Positions 1-11,100 of a stretch of 64,000 nucleotides of DNA are shown here, piece after piece. The stretch is from Vitrella brassicaformis CCMP3155. Its lineage: Eukaryota > Protista > Chromerida. The first letter of the stretch is position 1; each line of letters starts with the position of its first letter. Under the pieces are notes generated by a model. That model saw nothing but the letters and a program-made list of their open reading frames with translations, made no database searches and was not told the DNA's origin. The stretch is from the NCBI GenBank assembly GCA_001179505.1, contig CDMY01000292.1, positions 1 to 64,000 of the forward strand, given 5' to 3'. A program made the translations under genes and the position numbers.

Positions 1-149
1 AAACCCTAAACCCTAAACCCTAAACCCTAAACCCTAAACCCTAAACCCTAAACCCTACACCCTAAACCCTAAACCCTAAACCCTAAACCCTAAACCCTAA
101 ACCCTAGACCCTAATCCCTAAACCCTGAACCCTAAACCCTAAACCCTAA
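1..149 (-). repeat. Telomeric repeat array (CCCTAAA)n, i.e. TTTAGGG on the minus strand; chromosome left end
   Basis: About 21 tandem aaaccct units at the very start of the window. A few variant units (acaccct, agaccct, aatccct, gaaccct) occur, mostly toward the inner boundary. Confidence 0.98.
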
Positions 150-240
150 GGTGGTACGTTGAGGGACAGACGTGTGTGTGTGTGTGTCCTGGGAGGGGTG
201 TGACTGTGTTGGATTGAGTCAAGTGGCTGATCGCATTCAT
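150..240 (+). pseudogene. Telomere-truncated remnant (last 3 codons, stop and 3' flank) of the intronless gene family found at 32108, 45340, 52160 and 60801
   Basis: g-gtg-gta-cgt-TGA-gggacagacgtgtgtg matches g-gtg-gtg-ggg-TGA-gggacagatgtgtg (32108 copy) and g-gtg-ctg-gga-TGA-gggacagatgtgtg (60801 copy). The next segment gactgtgttggattgagtcaagtggctgatcgc matches gactgtttgattgagtgaagtggctcatcgc downstream of the 45340 copy. Confidence 0.75.
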
Positions 241-626
241 TTACGAAGTGAAATAGATGCCAGCACTTGTTTCATCTCATCTTTATACGCCACACGATTG
301 CAAAAGCATGAGCACGGCTGTGTGCGATGTCCTGACTGTGAATGTGTTGTGCTTCCTGGGTGTGTGTGTTGAGTGGCGTGTCCCGAGTGTGTGTATCCAT
401 CCACGTGACTGACTGCGAAGATCCGTTCAAATGATACGTGTGATGTGACATTCATTTGAAGGCATCCAAATATGAACCGATCCGCCTTACACACCCCTCC
501 ACTTAGACACACACACCTACTCCCACCACACCCCCACACTGTACCCCCACACACACACTCTAGCCCGACCGAACTGCCAGTTAGTCAGACCTCTGCTTAC
601 TCATCCGACCCATCACTGAGTGTCGT

Positions 627-2808
627 TCATGGCTCCTCCCTCTCCCTCTCCCTCTCCCTCCCCCTCTCTCTGTCTCTGTCTTTGTCTCTGTCCATCCGGT
701 TGATCATCTCATATCGGTCATACGGCCCCGGACGCCTGCTGCCCTCACTGGTGTGGGGGTCGTCTCGCCGCCGCATGGGGCCGTACCCTGGCGGCGACTC
801 GGGGCTGTCCTTGTCTCTGTCTTTAGGGAGGGGGTGCGGGGTGAGGGGCTCCTTGTCGTTGACAGTCGAGGGGCGATGTGGGCGTGGAGGCGACTCGTGC
901 TGCTGCTGGGCAGACTCACCAGGCCTGAAACCGTACACACACAGAGGACACACAGACAGAGAGACGGAGAGAGAGGGCTGGGTGGGTGGGTGGGGGAGAG
1001 TGGAAGGTCGTGTGTGTGTGTGTTTACATTGTGTGCTGCAGCAGGTGAGGGAGTGCCTCGTATAGGTCGTCTGGCGGCGATATGATGGGCCGCACGCGAC
1101 GCATCTGACGTCGAAGTACCTGCACAACAGAACCCGGGATTCTTCCCTCTCCCTCTCCCTCTCTCTCTCTCTGTGGAAGGCAGTTGAGCACCTCACCTCT
1201 CGCTGTTCGACTGGCAGCCAGTAGAGTGGGTATGGACACGGCTTGGTCTTCTTGAACAAACGAGACATTCGATCTGATAGACAGTGAGTGACACACGTAC
1301 AAACACACACATACACAGAAATATGGATGGATGGATGGGTGGGCGGAGGCCTGCAGGCCTGCCTCACTGACCGAGAGCTTCCACCGTCTTGTTTGCTTGC
1401 GGCACCGCACCCCCATTGCCTAAACGAACCGAACCAACACACATCCATACACACACGCACACACGCAATGAGTGAATGACACACAGACAGACAGACAGAC
1501 CCACCCGCTTTAGAGAAGGGCACCGGCATGCCGTCCGGAGTGCGGCCGGGGGGCAGAGGAGAGCTGCCATCCATCCATACATAAATACATACACACACAC
1601 ACACACAGAGAGAGAGAGATATAGAGAGAGAGAATGTTGTTGCACCCGACCATGCACCCGTTCATCCGTGCGCACATATGCTTTTGCCCTGCTGGGTGTG
1701 AGGCCGAGAAGGGCAAAGGGCTCCTGGACGGATGAGCACCTACACCTAGACACACACACACACATGCATGCATGCGCCCATGAGAGTGCGGGTGTGTGTG
1801 CCTCCCTGCCTACCTGGTATGGTTGGCTGTGCGTCGGGAGAGGCGACGTTAAGTGTGCGGGGCGGCAGCGCCTTGCGCTTACCGGCCTCGGCATCGTCCA
1901 TCTGCACATACACACACACATATGCACCCACCAGACAGACGCACAGACGTCAGACACCATTGCGCTGAATGACTGGCTGACCGCCCTCACCTCTCTCTGT
2001 GTGGCGAAGTGTGGCTCCAGCACACAGCTAGAGGTCTTGGGCCACACCACATCTGTGTGGAGACAGACATGTCCCTCCTTGCGTGTGTGTGTGTGTGTGT
2101 GTGTGTACCTGTGAGGGCGTCTTTGGTCCTGATGGCGTCGTCTTCGGTCTCAAACTGACACACATGACACACAGACAGACACCCGTGTGTGTGTCGTTGA
2201 GGTGTGTGCGTCTTGGCCTCACCTCAACGAGGCAGTGTGTCTTGATGGAATCCATCCAGAACCGCCGGATGGTGCCCGTCTCCTCAAGGAGCGAACGAAC
2301 AGACTGCGCACACAGATCATCACACACACCAGCAAGGATGTCCGCCTTGCCATGTGTGTGTGTGTGCGTTGACACCGACCTTCTCAGTGAAAGGCCGCAC
2401 GAAGCCATAGATGACCAGACAGGGCGAAGGGACCCCCCTGGCCACCTCCACCTCCCTCTCCCCGTCAGCACCACCCCCGTCATCAGCCCCGTTGGCACCA
2501 CCAGCTGGTGTGGCCTCTCCTTCCTCCCTGCCGTTGACATCGCCGTCAATGGCATGTCCTTTCATCGCAACGTCCTCGGGCAGAAGTGCCCCGTCCTGCT
2601 GCTGCTGCTGCTGCTCGCCAGCTGCTTCTACTGCTGCTCGTGTTGGCTCTTGTCCGCCCTGCTCGTCCTGCTCTTGTTGGTGGCCGTTGTGGTTGTCGAG
2701 AGGCTCCTCGTGGTCGTGTTGGACGTGTGCATCATCATCTGCTTGCATCTGATGCATGTGCTGGTTGGCGTTGTCCTGGCCTGCCTCTCCTTCTTGGTGG
2801 TGGTCCAT
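627..2808 (-). CDS. ACIN1: Acinus-like (apoptotic chromatin condensation inducer / ASAP complex) RRM protein, multi-exon
   Basis: Spliced pieces give an Acinus-type RRM (CLVIYGFVRPFTEK / SVRSLLEETGTIRRFWMDSIKTHCLVE / FETEDDAIRTKDALTG / VVWPKTSSCVLEPHFA), the RSB-like motif LFKKTKPCPYPLYWLP (about 1205-1260) and an RD/RE-rich tail. The start (2808 or 2916) and the last exon are tentative. Confidence 0.85.
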
Positions 2809-3034
2809 GCTGTGTTCTGCTACTGCTCCTGCCGCCCTCAGACGCCTCCGTTGCTCGCCCGCAGCAGCGGTTTCAGGGAGCTCGCCCAACGTGCGAGCTT
2901 TGAGAAAGATCTGCACTCAGGCAGCTTGTTGGGTTTGTTCGTTCGTTCGTCTCTCCCTCCGTCCCCTCACACCCTCTCCCATCCCCATCTTCCTCTGATC
3001 TGCAGCACCCCACCCCTCCCTGTAGCCAGCCATC

Positions 3035-4037
3035 ATGACGCCCCTCCCCCCCTCCCTTGTGCTGTTGCTCGGCGTTACGGCATCGTATGCCTACGTCCCC
3101 GGTGAGTGGCGAGTGTGGGGCGAGCCATGGCAACGAAGAAAGGCAAAGATCTGCATCTGCCTGTGTCTGGGAGGGAGAGAGAGACACGCGCCATGCAGGG
3201 TTGCTGTGTGTGTGTGGGTGTGGCATTCCTTGTCAGGTCCGTCGTCGTTTCTACGTAGCGGCAGGGTCGGCCCAGGCCGGTTTGAGGGCACCAAGCTGCA
3301 CCAGCAGCCACCAACGGCAGCCACTCAGACACACGCCACCACCCGAATGAGTACGCCATCCACAACGAGAGAGAACTCACAGAGGGAGAGGGAGAGGGAG
3401 AGGGAGGCAGAGCGACATCTGCACAAAACCAAAACACAACACACAGCACAACACACAGCTCTCCCATTCTTTCTCTCTGTGTGTGTGCGTGTGCAGCTCC
3501 TGAGGCCAAGTACCGAGTAGCTGTGATCGGTGGCGGCCCGGCCGGCGCTAGTGCCGCCGAGATCTTTGCCGAGAACGGCGACATGGTGGAGACCTTCATG
3601 GTCGAGAGGAAAATGGACAACTGCAAGGTGGGTGAGTCCCTCTACCAGTGAGTGCCACTTACTGGTGGGGCGGTGGGCCGAAGCATCGTGGACATCTGTG
3701 TGTGTGCTGTGTGATGTCAGCCGTGCGGCGGTGCCATCCCTCTCTGCATGGTGGAGGAGTTCAACCTCCCTGAGAGTGAGATGGGCACACTTACCGCCCA
3801 CAGACACACACACTCCCTCTCTGTCTGTCTCTGTCTGTCGCTCTCTCTCTGGTGACAGACATAGTGGACCGTAAGGTTCGCAAGATGAAGATGATCTCCC
3901 CGTCCAACAGAGAGGTGGACGTCGGCAAGACCCTCCTCCCGCACGAGTACATCGGCATGACGCGCCGAGAGGTCCTGGACAAATTCATGAGGGACAGAGC
4001 CGTCGAAAAGGTCAGCACGTGGGCCACACACACCCAC

Positions 4038-4070
<33 letters not shown>

Positions 4071-5545
4071 GGGAGAGTATGGCCCTCTGCGTGTGTGGGT
4101 CTCATCCACACGTGTGTGTATGTGTGTGTGTGTGGTCAGGGTGCGGTTGCTATCAACGGTTTGGTGACCAAGGTTGATTTGCCCGAGAGCAGCGACAGCG
4201 GCCGGTACGTCATCCACCTCAAGAACTTTGACAAGGGCGACAAGGGCACCGGAGTCAGCGAAACACTCGAGGTCAGTCAGTGAACCCGACAACCCCCACC
4301 TCCCCCCAACACACACACACACACACACACACACAGAAGGAGAGAGAGAGAGAGAGAGAGAGCAGTGACACACACACACACAGACACAGAAACACCATTC
4401 TTGTCCCTCGTTCTGTGTGGCCACAGGTGGATATGATCATCGGTGCCGACGGTGCCAACAGCCGTGTGGCCAAGTCCATCGGTGCGGGCGAGTACAACTA
4501 CGCCATCGCTTTCCAGGAGAGAATCAAGATTCCCGACGAGCAGATGAAATACTACGAGGTCAGCCACAGAGAGAGAGAGCGAGAGGGAGAGAGAGAGAAC
4601 ACTTGATGCGTGGATGTGTGCCTGTGTGTGTGTGTGTGTAGGAGCTGGCGGAGATGTATGTGGGCGACGATGTGTCACCGGACTTTTACGCGTGGGTCTT
4701 CCCCAAGTAATAAGCACCACACACACATACACATCCATCCATCCATCCGTGTGTCTGAGCGTAGGTATGACCACGTTGGTGTGGGCACCGGCACCGTCAT
4801 CAACCGGCCAGCCATCAAGGAATACCAAAAGGCCATCAGGTCAGTCAGCACCAGCCCCCCTCCCCCCCTCTCCCTCTCCCTCTCGACACCAATCTCCCCC
4901 TCTCTCTCTGTCCACTCCTCGTACTTACACAGGGACCGTGCGGCCGAGCGTCTGCGAGGCGGTGAGCTGTTGAAGGTGGAGGCTCACCCCATTCCCGAGC
5001 ACTACCGCCCCAAGCGTGTGGTGGGCCGTGTGGCGCTCGTGGGCGACGCGGCGGGCTACGTCACCAAGTGCAGTGGGGAGGGCATCTACTTTGCTGCAAA
5101 GAGCGGGCGGATGGCAGCCGAGGAGATCATGGGTGTGATGAAGGCCACTGGCAGGCTGCCCACCGAGCAGGAGATCAAGGACACCTATCTGAAGAAGTAC
5201 GACCGGGCGTACGGCCCCACTTACACAGTGCTTGACCTCCTCCAAAAGGTAAGTAACCATCACCACCACCGTGGTGGCACCCTCTCCCACACATACACAC
5301 ACACAGCCACACACACACCATCTCTGTGTGTGTGTGTCATTGCTTAAGGTGTTTTACACCAACAATGCGGCGCGCGAGGCGTTTGTGGAGCTGTGTGAGG
5401 ACGACTACGTGCAGAAGGTGACCTTCGACAGCTACCTGTACAAGAAGGTGCAGGGCAACGACCCCCTCAGCGATATCGGCTTGCTCTTCAAGACCATCGG
5501 ATCGCTCATCAGGTATGCTCACAGACACACACACACACACACACA

Positions 5546-5576
<31 letters not shown>

Positions 5577-5691
5577 GGAAACTCTGTGTGTCCATTGTGT
5601 GTGTAGGGGCAACGTGTATGCGCCGCCCGACAAGACCATCTCCAACCCGGTCGAATCGAAGAAGAGGCTCGGCTCAACCGTCCCAGCATGA
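3035..5691 (+). CDS. chlP: Geranylgeranyl diphosphate reductase (chlorophyll/tocopherol phytyl chain), nuclear-encoded and plastid-targeted, about 11 exons
   Basis: Signal peptide MTPLPPSLVLLLGVTASYA plus a Ser/Arg/Gly-rich transit-like segment. FAD motif RVAVIGGGPAGASAA, then ERKMDNCK/PCGGAIP, IGADGANSRVAK, VSPDFYAWVFPK and VALVGDAAGYVTKCSGEGIYFAAKSG. GT-AG introns fit; stop TGA at 5689-5691. Confidence 0.96.
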
Positions 5692-7363
5692 GCACCCTCC
5701 CCTCCCCTCCCCTCCCCTCGTGTGTCCGTGGTATCTGTGTGTGTGTGCGTGTGTCCTACTAACGCTGCTGTCTGACGTGTGCAATGGTTGCAATGATCCC
5801 TCTTCTCGCCCGCCCCTCGTCTCTCGCCTTGGCAACTCGCGGCTGGCTGCATGTGTGTGAGTGTGTGTGTATGGTGGTCGTGCTCCAGCCATGGGCACGT
5901 CGCACATGCTGCATCTCGTGTCGATGCACTAGCGAGTCGTGCACACGGCGGCTTCATGACCGACATGCGCACAGCACACACGAGCCACTCATCACTCGTG
6001 AGGGCGGTGCATGCATGCATCACACCACACGTACGGGGAGTTTTTCTCGTAGCGTATCAGGCAGGGAGGGAGGGATGGCTGCCTGTCTACCTGCAATTGC
6101 AAAGAGGAGGAATTTTTGCTGCCCTGCTGATTTACTCCCAGCAGGCCTGCAAAGGAATGGGAGGGAGGGAGGGATGGAAGGGGGAGACAAGGCAAGAGAC
6201 GACAACACAAACGAACGAACGAACGAACAAACGAACGAGCGGATGAGTGAAGGGTGGGTGCGAATTTAAGACAGATTGATTGCGAGACAGAGAGATTTTT
6301 CCACCGAGTGATGCGGCGAATGCGACAAGGGGTGAGGGGGAGTGCAGTGAGAGTTTGTATGTGTGTCTCGCGCTGCTCTGTGCTGTGCCGAGACGGACTG
6401 ACTTCCTTTTGGAAAGCGTCTGGGTGCGTCTGTGTGAGTGCGTGCGTGAGGGATATATGAGAGGGTTGACAAAGAAGTCGCTCAATATGGCAACGGAGCG
6501 ACGGATTCGGATGGATGGATGGATGGATGGCAGAGGAGCCAGCCCTTTTTCGGTCAGTCAGCGAGCGATCCAGAAAGAGAGAGAGACATGCAGACAGAAC
6601 AGAGAGGGAGGGAGGGATGTTTCCCCGTCCGTTTCTTTCGTTTCATATTCATGGTTGTACAGACAGCCACACACACACACGTGTGTCTAGTTCGTTCGCT
6701 TCCGATTCACCCCACACACCACGGCCGGGGCACGTCCAATGCCGGCTGCCGATGACGGCGGTGAGCACTCACAGTGCTCGCAATCGTCTGCAGCCACTGG
6801 ATCTGACGCCCACCGGCGCGATGTGTGTAGTGGAGAGGGTGGCTTGCCTTGTGCACAGACAGAGAGGCAGACGAGCTCTGATGTGGTGATGTCATGCTGT
6901 TGCTCTGTGTGTCACGTCTGGGGTGCCTTCGACGCCGGCAGCTCACGGCGGTGGCCAGCATTCACAGTGCTCGCTGTCGCCTGCGCTGTGAGCGTTGAAG
7001 CTGCACCAACGTGGTACTTTCTGAGCGAGATGTGCAGCAACACCACAATGTCAGTGTTCTGTCTGCCATTTTTTCATTTTCATTTGACGCGATGCAATGC
7101 GAGGTGATGAGAACCATGACGGACTCGCGCGCGTGCGTGAATGAGAATTCGATGGACGCAATAGTAAAGCGAAGGGAGAAGATCACCGTCAGCGTCGCCA
7201 TCGCCCCACACACAGTTTCAAAAGGACGCATCCATCGACCATCACATCAAAGTGTCAGTCGCATCCATCCATCCATCCACCCACACCGCGTGCCGCCACA
7301 CACAGCTACCGATCTACAAGTCTGTCAGGCAGCTGTTGCACCCCTCCACCCGTCAATTCATCA

Positions 7364-7469
7364 TCACTTCTTGGAGAAGCGCGACTTGATGTCCGTCTTG
7401 GTCAAGGCTGAGTGAGCGACACACAACACGCGCGCACACCAGTGAGAGCTGTGTTTTCAAGACAAGAGG

Positions 7470-7502
<33 letters not shown>

Positions 7503-7997
7503 CCCTATCGATTACCAGGTGGTAGTGACTGTTTGAGCTTCTCGGCCTTGTCCCTGTCGCCGATGCAGAGGGTGTAGGTGTACCGGCTACACCGCACCTT
7601 GAACTTGACCTCTGAGAGTGACGACCACACACAACAGTCACACAACGACGAGCAGATGCATTGAGTGACCGCTCCCTCCTCCCCTCCCCTCTGCCTCGTC
7701 CATTCCTTACTGTCCTTGGTCTTCAGAATCTTCACGTCTGCACACGACAGCCAACCAAGCCACAGACAACGAGTGCACCGCCCTCCCCTCCCTCCCCCTC
7801 TGCGTGTGGTCTTACGTTTGGCGTCTTTCCGCCTCGCCGTGATGAGGAAATCCTTGATCTCCTTGATCTCCTTCGGCTGAAGCAGTCACACCACACACAG
7901 ACAGAAATGAGCACCGAGAGATGGTGGCGACTGGGCGAGCAGATCTTTGTCTCTCTTGCCTCCCTCCCTCTTCCCTATGCCTCCCTGTACTCACCAT
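7364..7997 (-). CDS. RPL38: 60S ribosomal protein L38 (eL38), 5 exons
   Basis: ATG (7997-7995) | [20 protein letters not shown] | VKILKTKD | [32 protein letters not shown] | [17 protein letters not shown] junctions are consistent. Confidence 0.96.
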
Positions 7998-8105
7998 GGC
8001 GGCACAGCAAGCGGGAACACGGTGTCAGCACTGCGAGCTTATCTTTAAGCTCGCACCACCAAGCGAGTCGAGACTTTTGCCTTCGATTGGGGTCCGTACG
8101 CGTTG

Positions 8106-11100
8106 ATGACGCCAGGGGATACGGACGAGCAGCAAGAGCTCTCAGGCTGGCGATTCGGGGACTTCTTCGACTTCAATCTTCTACAAGGCTGGTCGGCACC
8201 ACACAAAGAGGGGCACGGGGCGGACAAACGGGTGGTGCGGACTGCTGTGTCTGTGTCAGGACGTTTCACAATGAGAAGTTGGAGACTACATACCAGCGTG
8301 AGTCCCTCACGGTGTGCCACAGACGTCAGATGTGGCTGGGCTGCTTCCTCCTTGTCCCCCACGCGATTCGGACAATCAAACTCTTTGATGTCCATGGACC
8401 GACCAGTGTGGACTTCTCTGTCAGGTGCCCTTTGATACTTTTTGATGTCTCTTGAGACAATTTATTGGGGCCTTTTTCGTCTGTTCTCTTGGCAGCATGG
8501 TGCTGGCCTCTTTGGCTGTGGCGGCCGTCGTTGTGCAGGCGGTGTTTCGCCTCAGAAAGGGTAAAGCGCTGACCAAGGAGAGCCTGTGGTGGCGCCGGCT
8601 GCACGGCATGATCATCCCGCTGTTCTATGTCCTCTACACGACTGTGTTCATCAACGAAACGTTCCGGGAGCGGGTGATTGACATATACGACTTCGGGAAG
8701 GAGGGGACAATGCCGTTCGCGCAGCAAGTGGGGCTGTTCGTGCTGACGCACATGATCAGCCTCTGCTCGGCAAGCTGTGTGGACTTCGTGCTGCTGTATC
8801 TTGTCACGTGTGTCTCCTTCTTTGCTGTGACCAGTACGTATGTGAGAATTGCCTGGAGGGAGAGACATCAGTCAGTCATCGAGTCAGATGTCGACATCGA
8901 TTGGCTTTCTTTTTCTTTCTCTGCAGCTTTGTGTGGAGGGGTGGTGCCTCGCTACCTCGGCCTAGTGGTCGTTGGGTATATCTCATCTCTCTGTTGGAGC
9001 GCCATCAATGTGCATGATGGCTTTCTGACTGATGTTCCTGTGGCCATTCACTCGTGCGTGTGTATCATCTGCAGGAAGAGAGAAAGCAGCGCGTGTTGAT
9101 CCTACAGAAGTGGCTCCAAAAGGAAGCAGCAAAAGGTCCGCGACCCCCACACAACGGCATTTCCCGCTGGCCTCACACATTCTCCCCCTGTTAACTGTCA
9201 GCAAAGCACCTGCTGATGGCGACAATGCACCACGAGCTCAAGAATGGCCTCCACGTGATGACTCTTGAGCTGGAAGAGATCGAGGAGATAATCTTGGAGC
9301 ACCAAAGGGAGCAGAGAACCGCCAGACAGAAGACCCAGACTCAGACTGACACCTACGATGCCAGTCTGCTCAAGAGCATATCTCTTGTCAAGGCTGAGTG
9401 CGAGGACCTGTACGCGAATGTGATTGACATACTCGAGAATGACCGCAAAGAGGCCGGAGGTATTGAAGAGACACATCCGTGACAATGACTGGACGCTACA
9501 AAGGTATGTATGTCTGCGCAGAGAGCAGCGCGGCTCGTCAGGAGGTGTTCTGCCCACGAAAGCCGATACAGCAGCTCGCCAAGAGATATAAAGTCAGCAA
9601 AATTCCTCTCGTCCGTTCACCTGCTGATCGTTTGTTCGCATTTCTTCAGATACTGGCGGCTCGCAATGGCAACCTCCTGAACGTCACTTTTGGGGCAGAT
9701 TTGCCGAAGTTGATCGTCGGAGACCGATACAGATACACTCAAATCGTAAACGGACCGCCCGCCACATGAGATATGGCCATGCCCTTGCCCATTCCCCTCG
9801 GTTGTGTCTCCCATCTGTGGAATGACTGCAGTGCCGCAACTACATGAACAACGCCATAAAGTTCTGCAAGCAGGTCAGGTGTGTCCGTGTGTGCATGTGT
9901 ACTGTAACACATGAGCGTTTGTGTTGACAGGGCACGATCCAGGTGTCTGTGGAGACGAGCCCCAAGCGGCACACCCTCGCCAGCCTGGAAGACACGAGCA
10001 GCGTCAACCTCGCCACTCTCATGGCCTCCCCTGAGCTCGTCCAGAAAGCTATGGGGCTCGCAGCCACCCCGTTGTCACTCAGTACTCTCACCGACTGGCA
10101 GGCATCTGGCCTGGCATTTCAACAGATGGAGATTGTGCTCAGAGTGACGGACTCGGGCATTGGGATCGACGCTGACAAGCTGCAGACGATCTTTACTCCA
10201 TGGAGGACAGCAGGTGGAGTTGTGGAGACGTCTTACTCGTCCACTGGCCTCGGTCTCTCATACGTCAGCGATCTGGCAAGAAACTTCTTCACAGGCGGCA
10301 GGGCGTGGGCGGAAAGCCCTGGCCAAAACCGCGGCTCGAGTTTCTTCTTCGCCGCCACGTTCACAAGTAATCTGGCTCTGCATGGAATGGCATTTCTGCC
10401 AATGTCATGTCTCGCTTGTCCTACCTGCAGCCATCGTGCCCGTCTCTTCGCTGCGGCCGGCCCACCACAAGTCATCCCCTCCCACCCCTGCAGCCAACAC
10501 GCCGGCCCTGCACAAGGCACACTCTTTCATGGATTGCCAGGAAGACGGAAACGAGCCTACCGAGACGCCAGCGGGGCACTCGAGCTCCAAAGACATCGAG
10601 AGAGCCCCTCCAAGAGACGAGAGCAAGAATCTGTCGTTCCACTGCGACGATGAGGTCACCGCCGAGGCGGACTTTCCACGAAGATGCTCGTTATCCCGTG
10701 ACATCACTGGGGCGAGTGAGTCTGCCCCGAGCCCCATCCTGCCAAGACGCAAGACCTCGCCTCTGGAGGGCGAAGAATTTGATGAGTCTGCCAGGCAAAT
10801 CAGGTGGACGCCGAAGAACCAGCTGGACGTGCAAAGGCTCTTCTCATCGACAGAGGCAGACACGGGCCAGAAAGGGGAAAAGGAGACGCAGCAAGATGGA
10901 ACGGAAGGGGGTGAAGATCACCAGAAGGAGGAGCGTGTGTGGACGCTGCTGCTGGTGGACGACATTGAGTTCATCCGAGCGACACAAGGGATGTTCTTCA
11001 TGAGGCGAGGCTACAAGACCATCCTTGAGGCCGACACGGGGAGGTTGGTCTGCCGATAAAAGACGTACCGGAGCCTTTGCCTTTGCTGTATCGTCTGTCT

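Noticed and set aside
172-6900. Many ORF-track entries rich in CVCV, HTHT or RERE
   Set aside because: They are translations of (GT)n, (CA)n and (GA)n intron microsatellites or antisense shadows of real exons, not proteins.
8452-9099. Kinase TM input as a rhodopsin (histidine kinase rhodopsin)
   Set aside because: No retinal-binding Lys motif (D..AK) or other opsin signature was seen in the TM exons.
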